64,000 bases of DNA, taken from positions 259-64,258 of the forward strand of contig JBDTNH010000004.1 in assembly GCA_039933845.1 (NCBI GenBank), in the 5' to 3' direction. The translations under genes and the position numbers were made by a program. Below the pieces are notes generated by a model, which saw only the letters and a program-made list of their open reading frames with translations, had not been told where the DNA came from and did no database searches. Origin of the DNA: Gemmatimonadota bacterium (GTDB lineage Bacteria; Gemmatimonadota; Gemmatimonadetes; Gemmatimonadales; GWC2-71-9). Below, piece after piece: positions 19,367 through 28,536 of this stretch; the first letter of the stretch is position 1; the number at the start of each line of letters is the position of its first letter.

Positions 19367-19401
19367 GATGAAGGATGAAGGATGAGCGATGGAGGATCAA
19401 C
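19367..19401 (+). repeat. heptamer tandem repeat (GATGAAG-like, 5 units)
   Basis: gatgaag gatgaag gatgagc gatggag gatcaac. Overlaps the stop of gene 19397..20065 and lies upstream of the iron permease start. Confidence 0.7.
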
Positions 19402-20065
19402 GTTCCACGAATGCCTCAAGATCCTGGACCGTCGCATCGACCGGCAGCATGCCATGGACTGTGCCCGGCACGCCGATAAAGCAGATTTCCCCGAGTCCGG
19501 CACCGCCGGCCCCGAGTGCCGCGGAGGGGCTGCGGACTGCCGCTCGTACCGAGGCCGCGGGGAGGTCGGCGGCCGCCAACCAGCGGCTGATGGCATCCGA
19601 ACGGGGAAGCCCGGTCGGCCCGCTGCCACCCACCTCGACCCGCGGATCCTGTGAGAGCCCGAGCCCGGAGAGCAGCTCCGGTACGGAACTCGGGTCACCC
19701 CCAAAGAGCAGCAGAACTGGGAGGCCGGACTTGAGGACCCGGTCCCACGCCGACTCGGCCTTTGGTGCCGCCCGCAACAATCCCGACGAGGCGAACCCCT
19801 CCCACTCCCGCCGAATCCTGAGCTCGAGCTCCGGCACGCGCTCGAGCACATCGTGCCGCCCATGGCCCTCGAGCAGGGTCCGGAGGGCCCAATCGACCGA
19901 CGCACCTGTCACCTGCTCCACCGCTCCCGGGCGGAGCACGAGTCCTTCGCCGGCCAGGATCTCCGCGTACGTGCGTACCATCAGGCCCCGGTCGTCAACC
20001 AAAGGGCCGACCACCTCAATCACCAGACCGCCGGTCTTCCCGCTATTTTCGGTCGTGCGGCTCAC
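19397..20065 (-). CDS. HAD-fold-like protein lacking the canonical DxD nucleophile motif
   Basis: Length and layout resemble HAD phosphatases, but motif I reads VIEVVGPLVDD instead of DxDGTL. GTG start. Confidence 0.45.
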   Translation of the reverse strand: MSRTTENSGKTGGLVIEVVGPLVDDRGLMVRTYAEILAGEGLVLRPGAVEQVTGASVDWALRTLLEGHGRHDVLERVPELELRIRREWEGFASSGLLRAAPKAESAWDRVLKSGLPVLLLFGGDPSSVPELLSGLGLSQDPRVEVGGSGPTGLPRSDAISRWLAAADLPAASVRAAVRSPSAALGAGGAGLGEICFIGVPGTVHGMLPVDATVQDLEAFVER

Positions 20066-20092
20066 TGTCCACCTCTATGGGGGTCTCGTTTC

Positions 20093-20563
20093 ATGTCACG
20101 CATCAGCCAGTCCTTCCTCGTCCTGCCCCTCGCCCTCGTCCTCTCGGTCGCCTGTAGCGACAAGGCTGCCGATGACGCGGGGAAACAGGATTCCGCGAAC
20201 GTCGCCGTGATCGATGTCCCGGCCTCGCCACGGGTCGTCTCGATCGACATTGGCCGCGCCCTCGATGAGAACAAGCGCATCATGGGTGGTGGCGTCGAGC
20301 GATTCCCGCACGGTGACACATTGTATGTGGCGATCGGCGCGTCACACGTCCCGACCGGCACGCCAATCTCGGTACGGTTGTTGAGCGGTGACAAGGTACT
20401 CGAGACCGTGGATATCACGGCGACCGAGCCGGCGGCCGATGGGACGGCACAGATGACGGCCACGCTGCCCGCCGCGGCGTCGATCAGCGCAGGACTCTAT
20501 CGCATCGAGGTGCTCCTGGACGGGATCTCCCAGGGCATCCGGGAAATCACCGTCGACGGGTGA
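20093..20563 (+). CDS. lipoprotein, function unknown
   Basis: ATG 20093. MSRISQSFLVLPLALVLSVACSDK (lipobox). Confidence 0.6.
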   Translation: MSRISQSFLVLPLALVLSVACSDKAADDAGKQDSANVAVIDVPASPRVVSIDIGRALDENKRIMGGGVERFPHGDTLYVAIGASHVPTGTPISVRLLSGDKVLETVDITATEPAADGTAQMTATLPAAASISAGLYRIEVLLDGISQGIREITVDG

Positions 20564-20573
20564 ATCGGTACTC

Positions 20574-20610
20574 GTCGCAGTCGGAGCCGACTCAGGTACC
20601 CGACTGCGAC
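20574..20610. terminator. 11-bp perfect hairpin between convergent genes (candidate bidirectional terminator)
   Basis: GTCGCAGTCGG (20574-20584) pairs with CCGACTGCGAC (20600-20610) across a 15-nt loop. The 3' arm and loop overlap the last codons and stop of the MgtC gene. Confidence 0.4.
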
Positions 20611-21068
20611 GACCCGTTGCCGTTGCCAAGGAACCGCCGCTCGAAACGACGGCCACCAATCAGGACCGCCAGTGCGATTGCCGTCGCCACGCTGGCCTGC
20701 ATGTAGAGCCCCACTCCGCACGCGACCCCGATCCCGGCGACCAGCCAGATCGCCGCCGCGGTGGTCAACCCCTCGACATTGCCGTCCTGTCGGTGGTTCA
20801 TGATCACTCCCGCACCGAGAAATCCGACCCCGGTCAGTACACCCTGGATCACGCGGGACATCGGGTTCGGATCCGGGCTGCCGTTGGCGAGAATCACCAC
20901 CGGTGCGAACGCCCCACCGAGGGCCACCAACGCCAACGTCTTGAGCCCGGCAGGCTTGCGCCGCCACTCACGATCGGCGCCGATGATCGCACCGATCACG
21001 GTTGCGGCCCCGAGTCGCCAGAGTACATCGATCAGGCCCACGTGTCCTCCTCCATGGCGGGTGTGCAC
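20592..21068 (-). CDS. MgtC/SapB family membrane protein
   Basis: DREWRRKPAGLKTLALVALGGA motif. 158 aa and hydrophobic. Confidence 0.8.
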   Translation of the reverse strand: MHTRHGGGHVGLIDVLWRLGAATVIGAIIGADREWRRKPAGLKTLALVALGGAFAPVVILANGSPDPNPMSRVIQGVLTGVGFLGAGVIMNHRQDGNVEGLTTAAAIWLVAGIGVACGVGLYMQASVATAIALAVLIGGRRFERRFLGNGNGSSQSGT

Positions 21069-21179
21069 CGGAAGGGAGTCGCGCCTCGCCAGAACGGCAA
21101 GGGCAGCCTGCGACCCGCTCTGAATTCAGTGTTCACCCGGCGGTGGCGGCAGCACCCCGATCACCCGTAGAATGGCATC

Positions 21180-22226
21180 ATGACCACACCAGCACTCCCG
21201 TCCAGACGGACAATGCTTCAGGCAGTGACCGACCGAGATCCCTCGTGGGACGGAGTGTTCGTTGTGGCGATCACCACGACGGGCATCGCGTGTCGCCCGA
21301 CCTGCCCGTCCCGTCCCGCGCGTCCCGAGCATCGCCGATTCTATCCGACCCTCGACGCGGCGATCGAGGCCGGATTTCGTGCTTGCCTCCGCTGCCGACC
21401 GGAGGTCGCCTCGACCACCCCGGCGCTGTGGGAGCGCGCGGTTGCGCTGGCGGATCGGATGGCACCGGACCGGCCGGACGATGACGCCTTGCGAGCAGAC
21501 GGACTCGACCCCGTCCAGCTCCGCCGCCTCGGCCGACGTCTGCACGGCATGACCTTTCACGCGTGGCTCCGCGCTCGACGGATCGCCACCGCCCAGCGTC
21601 GCCTTCACCATGGCGAGGAGCTCGATCACGTGATTCTCACCTCCGGTTACTCATCTCACAGCGGATTTCGCGATGCGTTTGCGCACGTGATGGGGAAGTC
21701 TCCCGGTCGAGGGCGCGTGAACGAGCCGATCGCCATGCGCACGATCGATTCTCCGGTTGGTCCCCTGGTCACCGCCGCCGTCGACGAGGGCATCTGCCTG
21801 CTCGAGTTCGCGGACGAAGCGCGCGTCGCGCGCCAGGCAACTCAACTCGGCCGGTGGTTCTCGGGCCCCATCATCCCGGGCAACCATCCGCACCTCGAGA
21901 CACTCGCCACCGAACTCGAGGCCTACTTCGGCGGGTTGCTCGTGAGGTTCACCGTCCCGACGGCCCTGCGCGGTACACCATTCGAGCTGCAAACCTGGCA
22001 GGCCCTCACCACGATCCCGCATGGCGAGACCCGGAGCTATCTCGACATGGCACGACTGATCGGCAATCCCGGCGCTGTCCGCGCCGTCGGCAGTGCCAAC
22101 GGCCGCAACCGAATCGCCATCGTGATCCCCTGCCACCGGGTGGTCAACGCCGACGGCAAGCTCGGCGGCTACGGCGGCGGACTCTGGCGCAAGCGACGCC
22201 TTCTGGAACTGGAAAGCGAGAAATGA
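21180..22226 (+). CDS. ada: bifunctional Ada: methylphosphotriester-DNA methyltransferase / AraC-type regulator / O6-methylguanine-DNA methyltransferase
   Basis: N-terminal Cys cluster (ACRPTCPSRPA ... CLRCRP), AraC HTH (SGYSSHSGFRDAF), and C-terminal MGMT active site IPCHRVV. Confidence 0.85.
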   Translation: MTTPALPSRRTMLQAVTDRDPSWDGVFVVAITTTGIACRPTCPSRPARPEHRRFYPTLDAAIEAGFRACLRCRPEVASTTPALWERAVALADRMAPDRPDDDALRADGLDPVQLRRLGRRLHGMTFHAWLRARRIATAQRRLHHGEELDHVILTSGYSSHSGFRDAFAHVMGKSPGRGRVNEPIAMRTIDSPVGPLVTAAVDEGICLLEFADEARVARQATQLGRWFSGPIIPGNHPHLETLATELEAYFGGLLVRFTVPTALRGTPFELQTWQALTTIPHGETRSYLDMARLIGNPGAVRAVGSANGRNRIAIVIPCHRVVNADGKLGGYGGGLWRKRRLLELESEK

Positions 22227-22288
22227 GAAACGAGAAGCGAGAAACGAGAAGCGAGAAGCGAGAAACGAGAAGCGAGAAACGAGAAGCG
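22216..22288 (+). repeat. heptamer tandem array (GCGAGAA/ACGAGAA, 10 units)
   Basis: Strict 7-nt periodicity read directly. The array begins inside the last codons of ada, whose TGA lies at 22224-22226. Confidence 0.9.
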
Positions 22289-22351
22289 TGCTGCGTAAAG
22301 TGTGAAGCATGACATGCGATACCGTCGGAATGCGCTCCCGGTTCGGCGACC

Positions 22352-22441
22352 CTCGTTTCGCCTGTCTCGTGTCTCGTGTCTCGTGTCTCGCCTCTCGCTT
22401 CTCGCTTCTCGCTTCTCGCTTCTCGCTTCTCGTTTCTCGCG
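22352..22441 (-). repeat. heptamer tandem array, inverted copy of the 22216 array (about 13 units)
   Basis: The plus strand reads ctcgttt/ctcgtgt/ctcgctt with a 7-nt period. Its reverse complement is GCGAGAA-type. It abuts the stop (22442-22444) of the minus-strand TauE gene. Confidence 0.9.
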
Positions 22442-23164
22442 TCATGCCCAGATCAGCTTGATACCCGCCATCAGCAGGACCACCGCCAGCGTGGCGCGAA
22501 TCGCGGCGCTTGGCAGCCGCTTGGCCCCCAGGTGGGAACCGATCGTGCCGCCCAGCACGACGGCGATACTCCACGGCAGCAGTTGAGGGGGCCAGTCCCT
22601 GACCGTCCCGAGTTGACCGAGCAGCCCTGCGGCCGAATTGGCGAGGATGAAGACCACGGAGGTGGCGGCGGTGGTCCGCAGCGTGGCCCAGCCGAGCAGC
22701 AACAACAGCGGACTCAGGAAGATCCCCCCCCCAACGCCCGTGAGGCCGGCCAGGAATCCAAGCCCGGCACCGGTGGTCAGGGCGATGCCGCGCGGTGGTG
22801 CCCCGCGCGCCGTGTCCGGTGCCCGCAGCCGCACAAGGAATCGTAGCGCCGAGGCGATCAGCACGACGCCGATGATGACGCGATAGACGGTGACCGGCAG
22901 GGCGAGCCGACCGCCGAGGTACGCCATCGGCACCGACGTGACCAGGAACGGCCAGAGCAGCGGCCAATCGAGATGTCCGGCACGCAAAAAGGTGCGGGTG
23001 CCGATGCTGGCCACGATCAGGTTGAGAGTGAGCGCCACCGGTCGCATGACGCCGGGTGTCATGCCGAGGAGTGCCATGATGGCGAGGTACCCTGACGCGC
23101 CGGCGTGTCCGACCGAGGAATAGAGGAGCGAGGCGACGAAGATGGCGAGAGTGCCGAACAGCAC
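22442..23164 (-). CDS. sulfite exporter TauE/SafE family protein
   Basis: 240 aa and hydrophobic with about 8 helices. Glycine-rich GLTGVGGGIF segment typical of the family. Confidence 0.8.
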   Translation of the reverse strand: MLFGTLAIFVASLLYSSVGHAGASGYLAIMALLGMTPGVMRPVALTLNLIVASIGTRTFLRAGHLDWPLLWPFLVTSVPMAYLGGRLALPVTVYRVIIGVVLIASALRFLVRLRAPDTARGAPPRGIALTTGAGLGFLAGLTGVGGGIFLSPLLLLLGWATLRTTAATSVVFILANSAAGLLGQLGTVRDWPPQLLPWSIAVVLGGTIGSHLGAKRLPSAAIRATLAVVLLMAGIKLIWA

Positions 23165-23185
23165 GCGGGTTCCGGAGCCTGGCGA

Positions 23186-23575
23186 CTATGCCGTGCGGAG
23201 CGCGGCCGTGGCGGTCATCTCAACGCGGCATCCCTCTCGCAGCACGGCGCCACCCACGATGGCGCGAGCCGGTCGGTGCGCGCCAAAATGCCGGACGCAG
23301 GCCGCGTTGACACCAGGCCAATCCTCGCGTGTGAGGACATGCACCTGCAGGTGCAGCACGAGGTCGAGGTCACTGCCTGCGGCACGCAGGATGGCCTCGA
23401 GATTCTGGAGGGTGCGATCGGCCTGTGCCTCCGTGGTCACGCCCACCACCTCGCCGGTGTCGGGGTCGATCGCGAGTTGTCCCGCGACGTACACCAATCC
23501 GGCGTGCACGACCGCTTGACTGTAGTGACCCAAAGGCGCCGGAGCGCGATCGGTGTGAATGGTCCGGAGCATCAT
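23186..23575 (-). CDS. ridA: RidA family protein (YjgF/L-PSP)
   Basis: APAPLGHYSQAVVHAGLVYVAGQLAIDP. 129 aa. 4-nt overlap with the upstream gene. Confidence 0.85.
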   Translation of the reverse strand: MMLRTIHTDRAPAPLGHYSQAVVHAGLVYVAGQLAIDPDTGEVVGVTTEAQADRTLQNLEAILRAAGSDLDLVLHLQVHVLTREDWPGVNAACVRHFGAHRPARAIVGGAVLREGCRVEMTATAALRTA

Positions 23576-24699
23576 CGCCGCGATGCCGCGATCAGGGCAC
23601 GCACCCGGTCGATCGGCAACGCCTCGGCGGTGCGACCGCGGTAGCTGACTGACGTGGCGCGCAGGAGGGAATTGTAGATCGCCTCCTCGGTCGCCTCGAT
23701 CGTAGCGAGGAAGACTGGCGAGATCGCGTCGTCTGCGATCACACTGTCCGAGCGGATCGTCACGTCACGCGGTCGGCGCACCGACGTCGCCGTGGAGAAC
23801 GCGATCACGAAGTCGCCCGACCCATTGGAGGCATCCGAGCCCGTGCGTCCCAGGCCGAGCATCGCTCGTGCGGCGACACGCTCGAGTTGACGTGCGGTGA
23901 GCGGAGCGTCGGTCGCGACCACGATCATCACGGAGCCGTCACCCCGCTCGCTCGGGAGCGCGCTTCGGTACGAGTAGCGGCCCAGTGCCTTGCCGACCGG
24001 CACACCGTCCATCTGCAAGACGCCGCCGAAGTTGGTCTGCACCAGCACGCCGACCGTCCATCCCCCGAGGGAACTGGGTAGGCGACGGCTTGACGTCCCG
24101 ATGCCGCCCTTCCAACCGAAGGCCTGCGTGCCCCGCCCTGCCCCGACACTGCCTTCGGCGACCGGACCATCGGTCGCGTCTTCGAGCGCCCGACGGACAT
24201 CCTCCGGTCGGACGGGCCGCTGGCGAATGTCACTGAGACCGCCATCGTTCGTCTCGCCCACCACGGGATTGATCGACCTGATCGCATCCATCCCAGGTTG
24301 ATCGAGCAACCACGCCACCATCGCGTCGGCGGCCCGCCAGACGCAGAGGGTGCACGTCAGGAGTATCGGCGTCTCCAGCTCACCCAGCTCGTTGACCTGA
24401 GTGCTGCCCACGAGTTTGCCAAAGGCATTCCCGATGTGCACCGCGGCCGGCACGCGATCCAGGAAGACGTTGCCGCCATGGGGCAGGATCGCGGTGACCC
24501 CGGAGTTGATACTGTCACCAGCGGTGATCGTCACCTGGCCGACACGAACACCGCCGACATCGGTGATCGCATTGAGCGGACCGGTCGGCAGGACCCCTGG
24601 ACGCAATCCGAGGTCGCGAGCTCGCGGACGATCGGCTTGACCGTGTGCTGGGACAGCAACAATGGCGAGCAGGAACAGGGTGACGGCGCGACGCCTCAT
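23572..24699 (-). CDS. P1/S58 family peptidase (DmpA-like aminopeptidase), secreted
   Basis: Start at ATG 24699 (MRRRAVTLFLLAIVAVPAHG signal). GPLNAITDVGGVRVG and GVTAILP motifs. The upstream 166 codons of ORF 23572..25197 overlap other genes and are rejected. Confidence 0.8.
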   Translation of the reverse strand: MRRRAVTLFLLAIVAVPAHGQADRPRARDLGLRPGVLPTGPLNAITDVGGVRVGQVTITAGDSINSGVTAILPHGGNVFLDRVPAAVHIGNAFGKLVGSTQVNELGELETPILLTCTLCVWRAADAMVAWLLDQPGMDAIRSINPVVGETNDGGLSDIRQRPVRPEDVRRALEDATDGPVAEGSVGAGRGTQAFGWKGGIGTSSRRLPSSLGGWTVGVLVQTNFGGVLQMDGVPVGKALGRYSYRSALPSERGDGSVMIVVATDAPLTARQLERVAARAMLGLGRTGSDASNGSGDFVIAFSTATSVRRPRDVTIRSDSVIADDAISPVFLATIEATEEAIYNSLLRATSVSYRGRTAEALPIDRVRALIAASRR

Positions 24700-25034
24700 C
24701 GTGCCGAGCTCGGCCCGGCACCCACCAACACGCCGACGCCGACCAATGCCGATGCGGCGAGCAGGATCCCGACGTGTTGCCCCGTCATCACCGCCAGCGG
24801 CGATGCCAGACCCAGACCAACCAGCCCGCCAATCGAGCCGCCCTTGAGCCGGTTGGGATCGAACCAACCTCGGCGACTGGCGAAGTGGAGGGCGGCCAGC
24901 AAGGTGAGTGTGCCCCCGACCATCGCGCCGAGCATCGTGGTCCGTCGCCCGAGCGGACGACCCGCGAGGACACCCGCCAGCGCGCCGAGTCCGGTGAGGA
25001 TTGAGGTGACAATGATCAGTCGCAGGTATCGCAT
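24696..25034 (-). CDS. small integral membrane protein
   Basis: ATG 25034 (MRYLRLIIVTSILTGLGALAGVLAG). Glycine-zipper-like hydrophobic helices. ATGA overlap with the downstream gene. Confidence 0.5.
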   Translation of the reverse strand: MRYLRLIIVTSILTGLGALAGVLAGRPLGRRTTMLGAMVGGTLTLLAALHFASRRGWFDPNRLKGGSIGGLVGLGLASPLAVMTGQHVGILLAASALVGVGVLVGAGPSSAR

Positions 25035-25087
25035 GACGCCCCACGGGAGAGAAGGCCTGCGCGGTGGGTCGCACGAACGCGACCGAG

Positions 25088-25501
25088 CTAGCCGGACACC
25101 GAAATCTGGCGATGCCCGCCGCCGAGGGCAAAAAGCGGCGCACCGATAATTCCGGCCCCCCAGACCCAATCCGGATAATGCCCTGCGGCGAGTTCACGGA
25201 ACACGATCACCGCGAGGACAATGGCGAACAGCCAGACGGTACTGCTCTCGTGACTCCACTTCCAGGCGAGCAGGCCGCCAAAATAGCCCGCGACGAACCA
25301 ACCACCGAGGAGCAGGAGCATGGAGAGCAGCGGTGCCTCTCCTGCTTCGAGCGCCGTTTTGATCGCGGCGGGGTTGTCGATCGCGACACCGATCGGTGCC
25401 GGCCTGAGCCCTGCTTCGGCCAAGCCGATCAGGTGAATGAACACGATCGCGAACACTATCGCGCCAGCGAGTGCGAAGACTCGGCGCGTGGTCGATGACA
25501 T
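25088..25501 (-). CDS. integral membrane protein, function unknown
   Basis: ATG 25501 (MSSTTRRVFALAGAIVFAIVFIHLIG). Four hydrophobic segments. Confidence 0.5.
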   Translation of the reverse strand: MSSTTRRVFALAGAIVFAIVFIHLIGLAEAGLRPAPIGVAIDNPAAIKTALEAGEAPLLSMLLLLGGWFVAGYFGGLLAWKWSHESSTVWLFAIVLAVIVFRELAAGHYPDWVWGAGIIGAPLFALGGGHRQISVSG

Positions 25502-25575
25502 GTCGCCATCCCGGTTGGCGTGAATCCGCACGACGGTCGGTTGAAGCGAACCCGCTATCAGTCTCGGTTGATGCC

Positions 25576-26433
25576 TCAGCGTCCTGCAAAGGTATCGCAG
25601 ACCGAGGGCTCGCCGGCCTCAAATCCGCGCCGGAACCAACGCATCCGATCCTCGGAGGTTCCGTGGGTAAAGCTCTCCGGCTGGACGCGCCCGGTCGCCT
25701 CCCGCTGCAGGCGGTCGTCGCCGACCGCGGCGGCGGCCCCGAGGCCCTCTTCAATGTCACCCTGCTCGAGCCGACCGTCGCGTGCCGCGCGTGCACCCCA
25801 GACCCCAGCAAAGCAGTCGGCCTGGAGCTCCAGTCGCACGGAGAGTTGATTCGCCATGTCGGGCCGCTGCTGTTGGGCCTTGCTCACCTCGTCACTGGTC
25901 CCGAGGAGCTTCTGCACGTGGTGACCGATCTCGTGGGCAAGCACATAGGCCTCCGCGAAATCGCCCGGCGCACCGAACCGGGTCGCCAACTCGCGGTAGA
26001 ACCCGAGGTCGATATATACGTTCTCGTCTCCCGGACAGTAGAACGGACCGGTCGACGATGCTGCGCGGCCACATGCCGAGGCAACAGCGTCGCGGAAGAG
26101 AACCAGCTTGGCGGGTCGGTACGGACTTCCCTGGGCGGGCAAGAGTTCCTGCCACATCGCCTGGGCATCATCGAGCACGAACGAGATGAACTCGACTTCC
26201 TTTTCTTCGGCTGGGTCATTCACCGGCGCCGCGGCTTCGGTCGGCGCCGCCCCGCCACCGAGCTGCTCGGCGGCACCGAGGAGAGCCAGCGGATTCTGCT
26301 TGGTGACGAGTGCGAATACGACCACCAGAATGATCCCACCCAGTCCAAGGCCGCCGGCCCCGCCCGGAATGCGTCCTCGAGCACCCCGCCGGTCCTCGAG
26401 ATTGGTCGATCGACCCGAATTGCTCCACCGCAT
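25576..26433 (-). CDS. YpfJ-like neutral zinc metallopeptidase
   Basis: N-terminus MRWSNSGRSTNLEDRRG, a TM helix, and HExxH in LAHEIGHHVQ. Confidence 0.8.
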   Translation of the reverse strand: MRWSNSGRSTNLEDRRGARGRIPGGAGGLGLGGIILVVVFALVTKQNPLALLGAAEQLGGGAAPTEAAAPVNDPAEEKEVEFISFVLDDAQAMWQELLPAQGSPYRPAKLVLFRDAVASACGRAASSTGPFYCPGDENVYIDLGFYRELATRFGAPGDFAEAYVLAHEIGHHVQKLLGTSDEVSKAQQQRPDMANQLSVRLELQADCFAGVWGARAARDGRLEQGDIEEGLGAAAAVGDDRLQREATGRVQPESFTHGTSEDRMRWFRRGFEAGEPSVCDTFAGR

Positions 26434-26505
26434 GGCTCACCCCCGTTGTGGGCCTCCGACCCCGATGCGGGGCCGGTCAAACTCAATATAGGACGCGATC
26501 CGCGG

Positions 26506-27219
26506 CTAGCGTGGCACCGTGAAGAGTCGTGACCAGCGCACCGCGGAGAGAAATGGCAGCGGCTTGTAGCTCGAGGGGTCCCAACTGTAGTAGATCAAGA
26601 CTGGCGTCCCTCGGACATTCTTGCGTGGAACCAAGCCCCAGAACCGGGAGTCTCGCGATTGATCCCGATTGTCGCCCATCATCCACAGTGAATCCTTGGG
26701 AATCACCAACGGTCCCCAATCGTGAATGTCGGGCATATACCCGTCGGGATTCGGGCCGACATACAGTGGCAGTTGTCGCTGCCGCATGCCGAGTCGGGTG
26801 GACTCCCCGGCGAGTCCGCCCGGATCGGTGCCTTGGGCCCACGGCTCAACGAGAGCGACCCCATTGCGATACAGGGAGCCGGAGCGCATTTCGACCGTGT
26901 CGCCCGGCGTGCCAATCAGGCGCTTGACGAGCATCGAGTCCTCAATCGGCGAGAGGAAAACCACGATGTCGTCTCGGCGCGGCTCACGAATCGGGGGAGT
27001 CCGCACGTCAACGAGGGGGATCTTCGCCCCATAGAGAAACTTGTTGACGAACAGCACGTCGCCGACCATGAGGGTCCGTTCCATGCTGGGCGATGGAATC
27101 CGGTAGGCTTGCACCACGAACGTCGTGAGCAACACCCACGCGACCACGGTCCAGACGATGGCCTTGAGCCACTCGACGAGCTTCGATTGCGGCGTCTTCG
27201 GCTTGACTGCTTCTGGCAT
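26506..27219 (-). CDS. lepB: signal peptidase I
   Basis: Catalytic Ser box IPSPSMERTL, Lys box, and GDNRDQSRDSRFWG. Confidence 0.9.
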   Translation of the reverse strand: MPEAVKPKTPQSKLVEWLKAIVWTVVAWVLLTTFVVQAYRIPSPSMERTLMVGDVLFVNKFLYGAKIPLVDVRTPPIREPRRDDIVVFLSPIEDSMLVKRLIGTPGDTVEMRSGSLYRNGVALVEPWAQGTDPGGLAGESTRLGMRQRQLPLYVGPNPDGYMPDIHDWGPLVIPKDSLWMMGDNRDQSRDSRFWGLVPRKNVRGTPVLIYYSWDPSSYKPLPFLSAVRWSRLFTVPR

Positions 27220-27345
27220 GCAACGGGCTCCACATCAATCGGTTCGGCTGGTGGCAAGGGCGCACACCACGACCGGCAATATGCGCCCTCAGGTTCGAGG
27301 CGGTAGGGGCAGCTCACCTCAGGGCCCACCCGCCGACGGCGGACC

Positions 27346-28008
27346 TCAGAAGGTCCAGGTCGCGACTCGCCCAGGCCCGAAGCGCAGCCGCGCAAGGCCC
27401 CCGAAGCGGTACGTGGGGTTCCCATTGGCCTCGCGGCGCAGCCGCCACGCCAGACGCTCCACGCCGGGCCCACGGTAGTCCGGAACCAACCGGAGGGTCT
27501 GGTTCGGAAACAGGACGACCCATCCCTCACCCTCGGGGATCACATCGGCGCCTGCCGAGCGCAGGAGCGGCTCCAGCCGTCGGAGTATGTGGTCGCTGAG
27601 TGCGATGGTCGCGGATTCGAGGTAGTACATGAGCGGTGGTTCACCGGCCGCAGCATCGAAGTCCGGGGTCGGCGGGGCCGCGACTATCTCGACCACCGGC
27701 GCGAGCGAGTCAGCCGCGAGGTGCGCCGCGAGAGCGCTGCCGTCGACCGGGACCACTCCAAGCATCACGTCGCCCACGCGCCGACCGTGGGCCGTGTCCT
27801 CCGGGGTAAGGATCAGGCAAGTCAGCCGACCGCACAGCCGAACCTGAGCGTTGCCGGCGAGGTATCCCGCTCCGAAGCCGACCGGCAGGAATTCGGACGC
27901 CCGAATGTCCGCCCAGGTCGGCGCATCGACCACTAGGGTGACGCGGGTGAGCGCCACCGGAGGATGGGTCGGACCGGCGACAGCAAGGAGGAGGGCGAGC
28001 AAGGTCAC
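27346..28008 (-). CDS. secreted hypothetical protein
   Basis: Signal-like MTLLALLLAVAG and coding-type GC3. No recognised motif. Confidence 0.5.
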   Translation of the reverse strand: MTLLALLLAVAGPTHPPVALTRVTLVVDAPTWADIRASEFLPVGFGAGYLAGNAQVRLCGRLTCLILTPEDTAHGRRVGDVMLGVVPVDGSALAAHLAADSLAPVVEIVAAPPTPDFDAAAGEPPLMYYLESATIALSDHILRRLEPLLRSAGADVIPEGEGWVVLFPNQTLRLVPDYRGPGVERLAWRLRREANGNPTYRFGGLARLRFGPGRVATWTF

Positions 28009-28158
28009 GGGGACGACTCAGTTCCGATTCAAGTTCATGGTTGGGACCGTTGGCCGGTGGTGAAGATCCCCACCGCCGTTACACCAGTGGACGAGTCGGG
28101 TACGGCGAACAGCACGCGAGGCACCCCCCACAAACCTCCCACGCGGTCGCCGCCGGAA

Positions 28159-28536
28159 CTAGTCGGCTTCCAGCCCTGGGGCGAGGTACCGATCCAGCGC
28201 CGTCGCCAATCGCTCGAGGCGCGCAATGTCCAGCGCCGTGTCGAGCGGCAGGCGTTCGCCCGCAACAGCCCACTCGATATCGAGCCACCGCGAAATCACC
28301 GACCCACCGGTCGTCCGGGCCGCCTCGATCCAGAGCGCGCGCTCCTTCGGTTCCCAGATCAAGCGGAGCGCGAGATCGCCCTTGAGGTACTCGGCAGAGG
28401 CGGCGCCTTCGATATCATCGGCGTACTCACGCGCCGAGACGACGAACCGATGCGCCTCGAACCGTGGGCCGAGGTAAATCGACGCCCGTGTGAATGGCTC
28501 GGACTCGACGGGGACCCGCGGCGCATCCGCCGTCAC
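28159..28536 (-). CDS. hypothetical protein
   Basis: GTG at 28536 forms a GTGA overlap with the upstream stop. The track ORF extends to 28584, which would overlap the upstream gene by 52 nt. Confidence 0.4.
   Translation of the reverse strand: MTADAPRVPVESEPFTRASIYLGPRFEAHRFVVSAREYADDIEGAASAEYLKGDLALRLIWEPKERALWIEAARTTGGSVISRWLDIEWAVAGERLPLDTALDIARLERLATALDRYLAPGLEAD

Noticed and set aside
22216-22441. Possible CRISPR array
   Set aside because: The repeat unit is only 7 nt and the units are contiguous with no unique spacers. No cas genes are in the window.
21563-22967. ORFs translating the heptamer arrays as EKRETRSEKRE / SRFSLLASRFS repeats
   Set aside because: The periodic peptides are a translation artefact of the 7-nt DNA repeats. 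These ORFs are otherwise out-of-frame overlaps of ada and the TauE gene.
23572-25197. N-terminal 166-codon extension of the DmpA-like ORF (similar extensions: folE to 35493, mlaF to 36987, mutY-like from 36327, helicase from 60919, HD-GYP to 33148)
   Set aside because: The extensions overlap neighbouring supported genes or a tRNA and are Arg/Pro-rich. Internal starts give proper signal peptides or family-typical N-termini, often with 4-nt coupling to the upstream stop.
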